From the NCBI GenBank assembly GCA_963790025.1, contig CAWBMP010000002.1, positions 480,001 through 544,000 of the forward strand: 64,000 nucleotides of DNA. The letters run 5' to 3'. Positions 28,996 through 39,087 of the stretch are shown here, one piece after another. Below the pieces are notes generated by a model. The model was not told where the DNA came from. It did not search any database and was given only the letters and a program-made list of their open reading frames with translations. This DNA comes from Nitrospirota bacterium. Lineage in GTDB: Bacteria > Nitrospirota > Thermodesulfovibrionia > Thermodesulfovibrionales > Dissulfurispiraceae. Made by a program: the position numbers and the translations under genes. Positions within the stretch are counted from its first letter, which is position 1. Every line of letters begins with the position of its first letter.

Positions 28996-31900
28996 TCAAC
29001 GAACACCTTTCATCCTTATGGAAAAATCTTCCCTTACCAGTGTAAGGTTAGGGCTGTAGTACGGATCTCCTCTTTCCAGTACATGCTTCCATTTTTGTTG
29101 AAATAATTCTATCTCACCTTTAAACCTTTTCTGCTTTTCGGGTGTATCCTCATAGCCTCTCGACTTCGACTCATAATGGTATAGCTCGGCATGGGGAGTG
29201 AAGACTATAAGATATCCTCTTTCCCGTATTCTCAGACATAAGTCAACGTCGTTAAACGCATGAGAATACTTCTCATCAAATCCACCGATCTCTTTGAAGA
29301 CCGTTCTGCGCATCATCAGGCACGCCGCTGTGACGGCGCTCAGGTTCTGCACAATTTTGGGTCTGTAACAATATCCGTTTGAATCTCGCGCAAAATGCTT
29401 GTGAGAATGCCCGGCAACTCCCCCGAGACCAAGAATTACTCCGGCATGCTGAATAGTATCGTCGGGATAGTACAGTTTAGCGCCAACTGCCCCTATCTCA
29501 TGCCTTAGAGCATGTCCCAGCAACTCCTCCATCCAGTCAGGACTAATCACCTCAATGTCATTATTAAGGAAAAGAAGCACTTCTCCTGACGTAAAAGGTA
29601 CCGCATAATTATTGATTGCCGCATAGTTAAAAGGCTTTTGCCACCGGACAACCTGTATATTGTCTTTTTTTGTCAGCTCTTCATAAAGCTCGAATACTTC
29701 CTTCTCCTGACTGCCGTTCTCAACAATGGTAATGATAAAATTCCTGTAGGTAGATGTTTCAATCGATGAAATACATCGCTTCAAATCCTCAGCATGATCT
29801 CTGTTGGGAATTACGATGGAGACTAAAGGGGTCGATTTGCAGGCGTACTTTATTCTGTATGTGCAGGTAGAAGAGTCGAAATGTGCTTCTCCATCCGTAC
29901 CGGTCCTTTTAAGGTGATCATTCAAAGCCCTTTTCGCTGCCTCATAAGCATACGTTTTAGCAGAAGTGTTCCCAGCTGCCGACGAGGAAGAAACCCTCCA
30001 GTGATAAAGGATTTTAGGCAAATGAACGACCCTGACTGCTTTCTCTAAAGTGCGCAGGAAGAGGTCATAATCCTGACTTCCGTCAAATCCATACCTAAAC
30101 CACCCTACCGCCTCGCCGAGACACCTTCTTATAACAGACAGATGACATATATAATTGTAGCTTCTGAGTGTATCAGGCGCATAGTCAGGTTTAAAGTGAG
30201 GATCGCACCTGCAATTGCCATCTTCCGATATTTTGTCCTCATCAGAGTAAATGAAATCCGCTTCCGGATTTTCGTTTATAGCCTTTACTACTTCAAAAAG
30301 CGCAAATGGGGCCAAAAGATCATCATGATCGAGCAGCGCGATAAAATCGCCCGTCGCGAGCGATATAGCCCCATTGGAATTGCCTGCGATACCTTTATTG
30401 CCATCCAAAAACCGGACCTTGATCCGTTCGTCTTTCAGCGCATAAGAGGTCAAAATATCTTTTAAATACGGCCCCCGACTGCCCCCATCAGCAATACATA
30501 ACTCCCATTTATTGTAAGTTTGGGAGAGTACCGATTCTATCATCTCGATTAAAAACTCGCGGGGGGTATTAAAAGTCGGGACCGCAATGCTTATCTTCGG
30601 CTCTATAGTAAATCCCGTTTTTCTCTGCATATTGAGTTCCCGTTGTGAAGGCTCGTGCTGCGCGATCCATGCATCATAATTATTGCTGTAAGCAATGCCT
30701 TTAACAGTGACTGGCCCGTTGTTCGATATCTCTTCCCTTACTTTATTTATAAAGCCCTTTAGTCCCTGATTTTTTATGCACCCTACTGATTTTCTGATAT
30801 TGGAACCGTTAAAAAGTTTTAACGGCTCTTTTATCCGCTGGTAATAATTTCTCATTTTCCAGAATTTGCTGTTTTCCATTGCGGCAATGGTATCATTTGA
30901 ATATTGCAGTGAGGCATGGGCCTTTTGCAATTCAGAATGGGTCCTATGCATTTCAGCACGAATCTTATGCAATTCAGCACGACTTGGATTCATCTCTGCC
31001 TGGGCCTGAGACAATTTGACGAACAAATCAGCGGTCTTATTCTGAAAGCACTGCAGTCGTTCGGATTCGTATTGACTCATACTCAATAACATGTTGTTCC
31101 CCGAAACTCTGGGACGTTCAGAGGCAACCGCAGGCTTTAATATATCGTGATAGTCATTTACCATATCCGTCAGGCTTCGGTGCGATGAATCTTTCAGACG
31201 CCTTACAACATTCGACAGGAGTTGCCGCTGTACGGATAATTCCCTCAATTTAGTGATAACCGCATCTTTATCAGGTTCGACAAGAAACCCGTTGACTCCA
31301 TCCGTGATCCTGTCCTCGAAACTGCCCACTTTCATTGCCAACACCGGAATATCCAAAAGCATGAGCTCACTGAGCGTATAGCTGAACGTTTCCGGCCATA
31401 TCGACAGCAGGAGGCCCATATCCGGTGATATTTGCCTGATAATTTTGGGCAAATCTGAGATTGAGTATTCTTCGGCCACAATATTAATGCCCTGGATTCC
31501 GCCAAATACCCGCCCTTGATCGCCGCATCCCAGGAGAAAGATATCTGCAATGTCGAGAATCTCCTTATATATTTCGTTCAGAAAATCCAGTCCTTTGTGA
31601 AACACCAGCCGGCCCAATATAAGGACCTTTAACTTTGCAGTCTCCCCCGCTCCCTGGTCAGGTTCAACATTGTCCTCCGCCACCTTTGCTCCCTGAGTTT
31701 CATCAGTAAGTTCAACATGGTCCTCCGGGAATTCCGCCCCATGAGGAATTATCCGGAAATCCACATCCTTAAAAGCAGGCTCAAGCCTGATCAAATGCCG
31801 TCGGACTGAATCTGAAGGGGCCACTAACATTATATGATAGTGCTGGATCAACTCCAGAAAACTCCTCCGTACCGGCACCCATTCACATCCCGATGCCAGA

Positions 31901-32400
31901 CGGAAAAAACGATTATACCTGTTGCCATCGAAACAACGTTCTAAATCACCAATCCCACACTCACTGCAGATTCTGTCAAAATAGATATTGATAGCAGGAC
32001 AAAAAGGATAGTAGTCATGGCAAATAATGGCCGTACCAAGACCTGTATCAAGAATATCCAGTGAATGGCCGATGAGAGAAGATACCAGTATTGAACTCAC
32101 CTTATAATTGCTGATGATTTCATCCAGGACCCTGCGGTAACCCGCATGTGTAACGGCAATAGCATGGATAGAGGGCATAAGGTCCCACGTATGGATGGGT
32201 TCGTCAGCATTTATATCCGTATACAAGGCCAATCTTTGACCGCTGAATAGCGGCACTCCGGAAGACTTTAAGACCATATTGTTGCATATGGTATCCGCAT
32301 GCATATAATCCCGTACCCAACGTTCCACGCCTCCGCCCCAACTATGCAATACGTGAAGTTGCACCGGTTTTCCGTTTGATGCCATTCCAGCAGCCTCCAT
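28996..32400 (-). CDS. Multidomain glycosyltransferase: GT4-like domain, coiled coil, two GT2 domains
   Basis: GGGVE, HDYY, WPETFSYTLSE (GT-B); heptad-rich helix ending SKFWK; LDHDD/YSDED/GSQDYD (GT2a); LNND/FNDVD/HYESKSRG (GT2b). Confidence 0.88.
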   Translation of the reverse strand: MEAAGMASNGKPVQLHVLHSWGGGVERWVRDYMHADTICNNMVLKSSGVPLFSGQRLALYTDINADEPIHTWDLMPSIHAIAVTHAGYRRVLDEIISNYKVSSILVSSLIGHSLDILDTGLGTAIICHDYYPFCPAINIYFDRICSECGIGDLERCFDGNRYNRFFRLASGCEWVPVRRSFLELIQHYHIMLVAPSDSVRRHLIRLEPAFKDVDFRIIPHGAEFPEDHVELTDETQGAKVAEDNVEPDQGAGETAKLKVLILGRLVFHKGLDFLNEIYKEILDIADIFLLGCGDQGRVFGGIQGINIVAEEYSISDLPKIIRQISPDMGLLLSIWPETFSYTLSELMLLDIPVLAMKVGSFEDRITDGVNGFLVEPDKDAVITKLRELSVQRQLLSNVVRRLKDSSHRSLTDMVNDYHDILKPAVASERPRVSGNNMLLSMSQYESERLQCFQNKTADLFVKLSQAQAEMNPSRAELHKIRAEMHRTHSELQKAHASLQYSNDTIAAMENSKFWKMRNYYQRIKEPLKLFNGSNIRKSVGCIKNQGLKGFINKVREEISNNGPVTVKGIAYSNNYDAWIAQHEPSQRELNMQRKTGFTIEPKISIAVPTFNTPREFLIEMIESVLSQTYNKWELCIADGGSRGPYLKDILTSYALKDERIKVRFLDGNKGIAGNSNGAISLATGDFIALLDHDDLLAPFALFEVVKAINENPEADFIYSDEDKISEDGNCRCDPHFKPDYAPDTLRSYNYICHLSVIRRCLGEAVGWFRYGFDGSQDYDLFLRTLEKAVRVVHLPKILYHWRVSSSSAAGNTSAKTYAYEAAKRALNDHLKRTGTDGEAHFDSSTCTYRIKYACKSTPLVSIVIPNRDHAEDLKRCISSIETSTYRNFIITIVENGSQEKEVFELYEELTKKDNIQVVRWQKPFNYAAINNYAVPFTSGEVLLFLNNDIEVISPDWMEELLGHALRHEIGAVGAKLYYPDDTIQHAGVILGLGGVAGHSHKHFARDSNGYCYRPKIVQNLSAVTAACLMMRRTVFKEIGGFDEKYSHAFNDVDLCLRIRERGYLIVFTPHAELYHYESKSRGYEDTPEKQKRFKGEIELFQQKWKHVLERGDPYYSPNLTLVREDFSIRMKGVR

Positions 32401-32406
32401 TACACT

Positions 32407-34191
32407 TTATAGTGAACCAACATACTCGGCAACAATAGAATCAGGCGCCCCTATTTTTTTTAAAACGTGGTCCTCTATCAACGCGGCCCTATCGCATATC
32501 CTTTTCACTTCTTCCATGGAATGCGTGACAAAAACAATCGTGACCCCCTGCCGCTTGAAATACGCCATCCTTTCATGACATTTTTTCTGAAATCTGATAT
32601 CGCCTACAGCGAGGATTTCATCTATCAGCAATATCTCCGGGTCCAACGATGCCACAATTGAAAAACCAAGTCTGGCGAGCATGCCGCTGGAGTACATTCG
32701 AATGGGCTGTCGAATAAACTCTCCGAGTTCGGAAAAGTCGATTATCTCTTCCAGCTTGTCCGCCACTTCTCTCCTCGTCAGACCTAGAAGCACACCATTC
32801 ATCATGATGTTCTCCTTTCCGGTCAGTTCGGGATGAAAACCCGCACCCAGTTCGAGCAGGGGCGACACCCTTCCATTCACCGTTACCCTGCCCCCTGAAG
32901 GCCTCAGCACCCCTGCCATAAGTCCCAGCAGTGTACTCTTTCCTGCACCATTCCTTCCAATAAGACCAAACGTTTCCCCTCTGAATATCTCAAAGGTAAT
33001 CCCTCTGAGCGCCTCGTATCTCGAATTCTTCATTTCGTCCACGGCATGAGGCAGGTCGAATAAAAACTTCTTGAATCCACCTGTAATATGATGATAGAGC
33101 GGATAGCTCTTGCTTACGCGGTCAAAAATCACCGCTTTCTCCCTACGCAATGGTGCTTCCGTGCAAGCACTGGAAGAGAGGGAAGCGGGGCTGTCGGTGA
33201 TAATGTCACGTTCAGGCAGATCAGTCGAAAGTTTGCTGTCTTTAGCAGCAACTAGAGCGACTTTTGAATGCTGCAGTTCAGCATGAGTCTCATGCAATTC
33301 AACCCGCGCCTCATGCAACATGGCATTCACTTTGGCAAATTCCAAATCGATCTTATACGGGTGGTAACGCAATCGCTCGGATTCTGACTGATTCATCATT
33401 AGTAACATTCTGTCCCTGGATGGACCGGAATCTTCACTGGCAATAGCAGGTTTCACTATATCGTGATACTCGTTCACCATATCTCTCAGCCTTTTGTCCG
33501 GCCACTCCGTTTCGTGAGGAATTATCCTGAAATCAAAGTCCCTGAAAACACCCTCGAGTCTGATCAAATTGCGCCGCACAGAGTCGGAAGGAGCTGTCAG
33601 CGTTATATTATAGTGTCTGATGAGATCCAGGAAACTCCTCCGCAGCACCACCCATTCATGTACCGACGCAAGTGGGAAAGAACGATTTTGCTTGTTGCCG
33701 GAGAAGCAGCGCTCCAAATCACCAATTCCGCACTCACTGCAAATTCTGTCAAAATAAATATCGATAGCAGGGCAAAAAGGATAGTAGTCATGGCAAGCAA
33801 TGGCCGTACGAAGACCCGTATTGAGGATGTCCAGTGAATGGCCGATAAAAGATGATATCAACATAGAACTCACCTTATAATTGCCGATGATTTCATCCAG
33901 GACGCTGCGGTAACCCTCGTGAGTAATGGAAGTGGCATGGATAGGGGGCATAAGATCCCATGTACGCAAGGGCTCATCAGCATTCAAGCCGGAATACAAG
34001 GCCAATCTTTGACCGGTGAGTCCAGGTATTCCCAAAGACTTTAAAACCATATTGTTCCACACGGCATCAGCGTGTATATAATCCATCAGCCACAGTTCCA
34101 CGCCTCCTCCCCAACTATGCATTATGTGGAGTTGCACAGGTTTTTCGTTTGATGTCAATACAGTGGTATTCACTCCGGCGCTCGTGCTCAT
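32407..34191 (-). CDS. wzt: Polysaccharide ABC transporter ATPase Wzt with N-terminal GT-derived extension
   Basis: GRNGAGKST, YSSGMLARLGF, IDEILAVGD in the last ~245 aa; N-terminal part paralogous to 28996-32400. Confidence 0.9.
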   Translation of the reverse strand: MSTSAGVNTTVLTSNEKPVQLHIMHSWGGGVELWLMDYIHADAVWNNMVLKSLGIPGLTGQRLALYSGLNADEPLRTWDLMPPIHATSITHEGYRSVLDEIIGNYKVSSMLISSFIGHSLDILNTGLRTAIACHDYYPFCPAIDIYFDRICSECGIGDLERCFSGNKQNRSFPLASVHEWVVLRRSFLDLIRHYNITLTAPSDSVRRNLIRLEGVFRDFDFRIIPHETEWPDKRLRDMVNEYHDIVKPAIASEDSGPSRDRMLLMMNQSESERLRYHPYKIDLEFAKVNAMLHEARVELHETHAELQHSKVALVAAKDSKLSTDLPERDIITDSPASLSSSACTEAPLRREKAVIFDRVSKSYPLYHHITGGFKKFLFDLPHAVDEMKNSRYEALRGITFEIFRGETFGLIGRNGAGKSTLLGLMAGVLRPSGGRVTVNGRVSPLLELGAGFHPELTGKENIMMNGVLLGLTRREVADKLEEIIDFSELGEFIRQPIRMYSSGMLARLGFSIVASLDPEILLIDEILAVGDIRFQKKCHERMAYFKRQGVTIVFVTHSMEEVKRICDRAALIEDHVLKKIGAPDSIVAEYVGSL

Positions 34192-34952
34192 AAGACCTCT
34201 GCAAATTTACAGGAGAGTTTATTATATAGCATAAGGCCCAAGCCTATAAAAAAAGTCCCGTAGACAAGACTGACGAGCAAACTCCTTATATCAAAATCCC
34301 CCGAGAGAAAAAGATTCCTCCAGCTTACCATCAGGGGGGCGAGCGGATTAAGATTGACCAGATACCTGAATCTTTCAGGTATCATAGCTTCGGAATAAAT
34401 AACAGGGGTAAAATAAAAGAGCAGTGTCGTACATATTGTAATAATCCGTTCGAGATCTCTGAAGAATAAATTAACCGATGAGATAATCAGGGCCAATCCG
34501 TATGTCAAGAGAAATTGGGCGACCAGCAACAATGGTATACCGTATATCCAGGCAGCACTGATAGAATGTCCATAAATGAACATGAACAGCACGATAACCG
34601 GTATCGCAAGGATAAAGTGGATCATGTCCAGAAGCACCGCTGAAAGCGGCAGCACCTGACGTGAAAAGTTAACTTTTTTGATTATCGATGCATTGGACAA
34701 AAAAACTAAAGGCGCACTATTAATTGAGTTGGCAAACCATTGCCACGGGAATAAACCTGTTATCAGGAATAAGGCATAGTCTTTCATCTGGATCTTCATA
34801 ACAACTTTGAAGGCTATAAAAAAGACAAAAGCAAAAGCAAGCGGATGTCCTACGGACCAGAGATATCCCAAAAAACTGCTTTTATACTTGACTTTCATGT
34901 CCTTCTGTATGATCACAAGTATTAAATCTATATAATGAGCGGCTGTTTTCAT
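34188..34952 (-). CDS. wzm: Polysaccharide ABC transporter permease Wzm
   Basis: KYKSSFLGYLW, IIKKVNF, FRDL, TPVIY, NPL. Confidence 0.93.
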   Translation of the reverse strand: MKTAAHYIDLILVIIQKDMKVKYKSSFLGYLWSVGHPLAFAFVFFIAFKVVMKIQMKDYALFLITGLFPWQWFANSINSAPLVFLSNASIIKKVNFSRQVLPLSAVLLDMIHFILAIPVIVLFMFIYGHSISAAWIYGIPLLLVAQFLLTYGLALIISSVNLFFRDLERIITICTTLLFYFTPVIYSEAMIPERFRYLVNLNPLAPLMVSWRNLFLSGDFDIRSLLVSLVYGTFFIGLGLMLYNKLSCKFAEVL

Positions 34953-34969
34953 ACTGATTCGGACTCCAA

Positions 34970-35842
34970 TTAAGTGGTTTGCTCACACTGCATTGCATTT
35001 GCCAGGACCCGATTTATCATGGCAAAACATTCGGACAGTTCCTGCAGCCCTGAATTCCTGGATTCGATAGTGATATTGATTTTGTTCCCGCCGATCAACC
35101 GGGCGTAATCCCTGATGATCATATGCTGAATGCTGTCTGAATGAAGGATAAGATGATCGTCTAAACCGGCGTTGTTTTCCGAAAGGTGAATTTCCAGAAT
35201 CCTGTCAGCATACCGTTCAAACAGCAACGCTGTCGCATCGAGATAATTGAAGCCCAGGAGTCTCGAGGAAATCTTAAGATGGCCGAGGTCCAGTAAGAGA
35301 TACATATCAGTAAAGGCATCCATCATTGAAACAATCTCGTCGATATGCACCATAAAGCAGCATTCTCTGTTATACAGATTTTCAAGCGCTATCTTTTTGT
35401 CCGGGAACTCACTTGCGAACCACGCGAGGTTCTCCTCTATATCCTCAAGCGCAAAGAGCCTGGTATCTCCGGATTTAAACAGCACTTCATTATTCAACAT
35501 AAATTTTCTTTTGAAACCTGCGTGTATCGAGTAGTAATCAATGTCCAGTGCGCCGATAAAACGCATGGTTTCCTTTATAAAAGACCTTGTCTTTCTCCCC
35601 GTATCGGCAAAGTTTAAAACAAAATGTTCTTGCGGGGGAGGAAAATAACTGTGGAGCAGAAAATTTATCCCTTTTTGCCGCCTGATTTCCATGAGCCGCT
35701 CAAGCAGGCCTTCATCATGCAGACAACCGCCTGAAAGTTCAATATTTTCAGTAATGCCCGACAATTGCCTGCTGGCTTCGATACAGTCATCAGTCCTTAC
35801 AGATGATGTAGAAATATAGAGTAATGGGGAATCAGTGTTCAA
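34970..35842 (-). CDS. Xylose-isomerase-like/AP-endonuclease-2 TIM-barrel protein
   Basis: SIHAG, ALENL, LLDLGH, EIHLSEN..DDH, IES metal-ligand pattern. Confidence 0.75.
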   Translation of the reverse strand: MNTDSPLLYISTSSVRTDDCIEASRQLSGITENIELSGGCLHDEGLLERLMEIRRQKGINFLLHSYFPPPQEHFVLNFADTGRKTRSFIKETMRFIGALDIDYYSIHAGFKRKFMLNNEVLFKSGDTRLFALEDIEENLAWFASEFPDKKIALENLYNRECCFMVHIDEIVSMMDAFTDMYLLLDLGHLKISSRLLGFNYLDATALLFERYADRILEIHLSENNAGLDDHLILHSDSIQHMIIRDYARLIGGNKINITIESRNSGLQELSECFAMINRVLANAMQCEQTT

Positions 35843-37292
35843 GCAGCTTTCTTCTTAATCTGGTTTTTGTCAATTCGATGATATGTCCTTTAACGCCGGC
35901 TCCGAACTTCTTTTCAAGCATGTTCAGGTAGTCTGCATTTTCGTAATAGCTGTGAAAGGCCTTGTCCCTGAACCTGAGAACTTCCTCAGCGCTGATATAT
36001 TTTGTCGGTAAGGGGAGCATTTCATAGGAGTGCTGTGAAAAACCGTGCCATTCCTTCGGAAGTTCCCATCCCTCTTTAATGGCAATATCATACAGCTGCG
36101 ACCCTGGATACGCCATGGCGCAATAAAAATTCGCGAATTCACAGTTCAGGTCCATTGCCATGTCAAGGGTCTCCTGCATGGTCTCCACTGTGTCATCCGG
36201 CAAACCGAATATATAATTCCCTATTACTCTTATGCCGGCGTCCTGAATTGTCCCTACAACATTTTTCACATCTTTTGTCTTCATTCTTTTTTCAGCGCCG
36301 TCTCTCACATCCGGGTTTGCCGATTCGATCCCCAGGGCAAGCCAGTTGATCCCTGCCTTTTTCATCTTTTTCAGATTACCAGGCTTCACTGTGTCAACCC
36401 TCGCATAAGCCCAAAGGTTCAAATCATAGCCCTTTTTTATCAGCAGGTCAACGATAGTCATATAATGCTTGTCACTCAGTACGAACAATTCATCGATTAT
36501 TTTAATATTCTTTACTCCGTAATCATTTACTAATACACCGATCTCTTTCACAACAAGCTCGGGGCTGCGGTAACGTATACCGGACTTTCCAAAAGGAGCA
36601 TTGATACAACAAAAGACACATGAATATGGACATCCCAGGCTGGTATATATAGCGCCATAGGGCATCCTGTTTTCGATAGAGTCAAAGCAGTGCCAGTTAT
36701 GCGCCCTGTATAACTGCATAGGAAGCAAATCCCATGCGGCAACTGGTAATACTTCATCAAGGTCTTTAATAAGTGCTGCTCTCGGATTGTTTTTAACGGC
36801 GCCGTCTTCGTAATACCAGAGGCCGGGGACCGCTGAATAATCGGGACTGCCTGCCCTCAACACCTGCAACAGGCCCGTCAAAGTATATGGTCCCTCACCT
36901 TCTATTACAAAATCAGCACTTTCCTCTTGCAGCGTCCGTCCCGGAAGCGCCGACGGGTGCAAGCCTCCCAGTGCAATTTTTGACGAGGTGGCTTCCTTCA
37001 AAGCTTTGCATATCTTACCTGCAATCGTCATATTTTGCGTCGATGCCGAAGGCTGGGACCCATACACTATCACCGCCGTCAGCAAAGGCTGAAGAAGGTT
37101 GACTTTTGCTGCGGTTTCGTATGGAGAAATGTTCTCGGCATTTACATCGATGATCCCCACGCTAAAACCGTTATTCCTTAGATAAGCAGCGATAACAGCT
37201 ATCCAGAAAGGAGGTTCGATAGCAGTATAGTCTTTGCCCAGGTCCTGAAAAACCTGCCTTCTGTCACCCGGATTGATCAATACAATATCCAT
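35832..37292 (-). CDS. Cobalamin-dependent radical SAM protein
   Basis: N-terminal B12-binding domain (GGLHPS, GEG), CPYSCVFC, GIES, YPGS. Confidence 0.92.
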   Translation of the reverse strand: MDIVLINPGDRRQVFQDLGKDYTAIEPPFWIAVIAAYLRNNGFSVGIIDVNAENISPYETAAKVNLLQPLLTAVIVYGSQPSASTQNMTIAGKICKALKEATSSKIALGGLHPSALPGRTLQEESADFVIEGEGPYTLTGLLQVLRAGSPDYSAVPGLWYYEDGAVKNNPRAALIKDLDEVLPVAAWDLLPMQLYRAHNWHCFDSIENRMPYGAIYTSLGCPYSCVFCCINAPFGKSGIRYRSPELVVKEIGVLVNDYGVKNIKIIDELFVLSDKHYMTIVDLLIKKGYDLNLWAYARVDTVKPGNLKKMKKAGINWLALGIESANPDVRDGAEKRMKTKDVKNVVGTIQDAGIRVIGNYIFGLPDDTVETMQETLDMAMDLNCEFANFYCAMAYPGSQLYDIAIKEGWELPKEWHGFSQHSYEMLPLPTKYISAEEVLRFRDKAFHSYYENADYLNMLEKKFGAGVKGHIIELTKTRLRRKLLEH

Positions 37293-37300
37293 CTCTACTC

Positions 37301-38263
37301 TTATGCAATATTTGCCATACTTTTGATATTTTTTATAATGCTATCTTCATCCATTCCTTTTGATCGATGAAGAGAAGCCCTGCTTCCGATATCAAAGACA
37401 TAGGCATCGTCAAATCCCATCCTCCTCAATCTGATACCCGATTCCCTGCCGGATAAAATGCCTGAGACCATGCTGTCAAGCCCGCCCTTATTTATGAAGG
37501 CCTCTTCGAGAGTCACAACATGCTTATACCTGCTTAATGTCTCGAATAACAGGTCCTCATTAACCGGTTTAATCAGGAAGACATCTACAAGTCCGACGGT
37601 AATGCCGTCCCCTGCCAGCTTCTCGATTGCCTTTAATGCCGTATGCGTCATATATCCCGTTGAAACCAGACAAGCCTCTCCCCCTTTTGCGAGTTCGCAA
37701 AATCCGTCCGTTATATGTACGTCTTGCCTGTTCCCGTAAATATCCGGTAATGGCTTGCCGTCAAATCGTAAGTATTTGGGTCTTTTATTTTCGATTGAAT
37801 AGTCTACAAACTTCTCTGCCAGCACGCAATCGCTTGGGGAGAAGATGCTCATGTTGGGCAGCGTTCTCAGTATGCTTATGTCCTCAACGCTGTGATGTGT
37901 CGGACCGGACACATCATAGCTCAGTCCGGCGCCGACACCGACCAGATTGACATTTACCTCATGGGTATGGGAAAGCAGGCACAGATTATTCCTTATCTGC
38001 TCAAACGCCCTCATGACCAGAAACGGCGCTATGGCGTATGCATAAACAGTATAGCCTTCCAGTGCCAGGCCTGTTGAAACATTTACAAGGTTCTGTTCCG
38101 CTATGCCGACATTTATAAATCTGTCACTGAAGTCTTCCCTGAGCTTGTCCAGTTTGGGTGACCCGAAGTCAGCAGCCAAAAAAAATAAAGAACCGTCATA
38201 GGACATACGATTGTAAATCCGCTCTATGAATACATCTCTCATGGTCCTCTTCTCGATGCTCAT
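37301..38263 (-). CDS. Transketolase-like C-terminal (Pyr/C) subunit
   Basis: NVGIAEQN, RAFEQIR, GPTHHSVED, IKP. Confidence 0.9.
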   Translation of the reverse strand: MSIEKRTMRDVFIERIYNRMSYDGSLFFLAADFGSPKLDKLREDFSDRFINVGIAEQNLVNVSTGLALEGYTVYAYAIAPFLVMRAFEQIRNNLCLLSHTHEVNVNLVGVGAGLSYDVSGPTHHSVEDISILRTLPNMSIFSPSDCVLAEKFVDYSIENKRPKYLRFDGKPLPDIYGNRQDVHITDGFCELAKGGEACLVSTGYMTHTALKAIEKLAGDGITVGLVDVFLIKPVNEDLLFETLSRYKHVVTLEEAFINKGGLDSMVSGILSGRESGIRLRRMGFDDAYVFDIGSRASLHRSKGMDEDSIIKNIKSMANIA

Positions 38264-39087
38264 TTCAACCTCTCTATTGCTTTATCGATTTCTTCAGGCC
38301 GTATGTTTTTTATGTGGCTCAGAGAATCTGTCTCAAGATGCGGCACACCCTTCCCTTTTATCGTGTTTGCGAGAAGCAGCTTCGGCTTGCCGCCCCTATC
38401 AGCCTTCAATCTTTTTAGAGAGGCATACACCCGGCCGACGTCATGTCCGTCTACTGTCTTGACTGCCCACTTAAAGTTCTTGAATTTATTCTCGAGCGGT
38501 TCCAGTTCCAGTATGTTATTGCAGTAATCAAGCATGCAGGCTTTATTGTTGTCAACGACCAATACCAGATTGTCCAGCCTGTGCTCCCCTGCAAACATTA
38601 TCGCCTCCCACACCGAACCCTCATATAATTCGCCATCACCCAGAAGCACGAAAACACTTTCCCCCTTCCCCTTCTTTTTTAAGGCGAGGGACACTCCGCA
38701 GGCAACGCCGAGCCCGTGCCCCAAAGAGCCGTTTATTGTTTCATATCCAGGGATAAGCGCATCAGGAATGCCTCCCAAAAAAGAGCCCTCTTTACAGACC
38801 CTTTTCAGTTCCTGCATATCAAAATAGCCGAGATCAGCGAGTATCGGATAGAATGAAATCGAGCCGTGCCCTTTGCTGATTATAAATCTGTCTCTATTTT
38901 CCCACCGCGTATTCTTCGGATCAAAACTTATGATCTTCCCATAAAACAACGCAACAAATATCTCTACGGCGGAAAGAGATGAGGCAAGTCTCGTCTCCTG
39001 TGCTATTCTGTGTATATTCAGAGTTTCCTTGCGTACCCATAGTGCTTTATCTTTCATGAACTGAATGCTGACGCCAGCTTTTTTCAT
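38260..39087 (-). CDS. Transketolase-like N-terminal (PP) subunit
   Basis: DRFIISKGH, GSLGHGL, GDGE...DNN ThDP motif, TIKGKG. Confidence 0.9.
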   Translation of the reverse strand: MKKAGVSIQFMKDKALWVRKETLNIHRIAQETRLASSLSAVEIFVALFYGKIISFDPKNTRWENRDRFIISKGHGSISFYPILADLGYFDMQELKRVCKEGSFLGGIPDALIPGYETINGSLGHGLGVACGVSLALKKKGKGESVFVLLGDGELYEGSVWEAIMFAGEHRLDNLVLVVDNNKACMLDYCNNILELEPLENKFKNFKWAVKTVDGHDVGRVYASLKRLKADRGGKPKLLLANTIKGKGVPHLETDSLSHIKNIRPEEIDKAIERLK

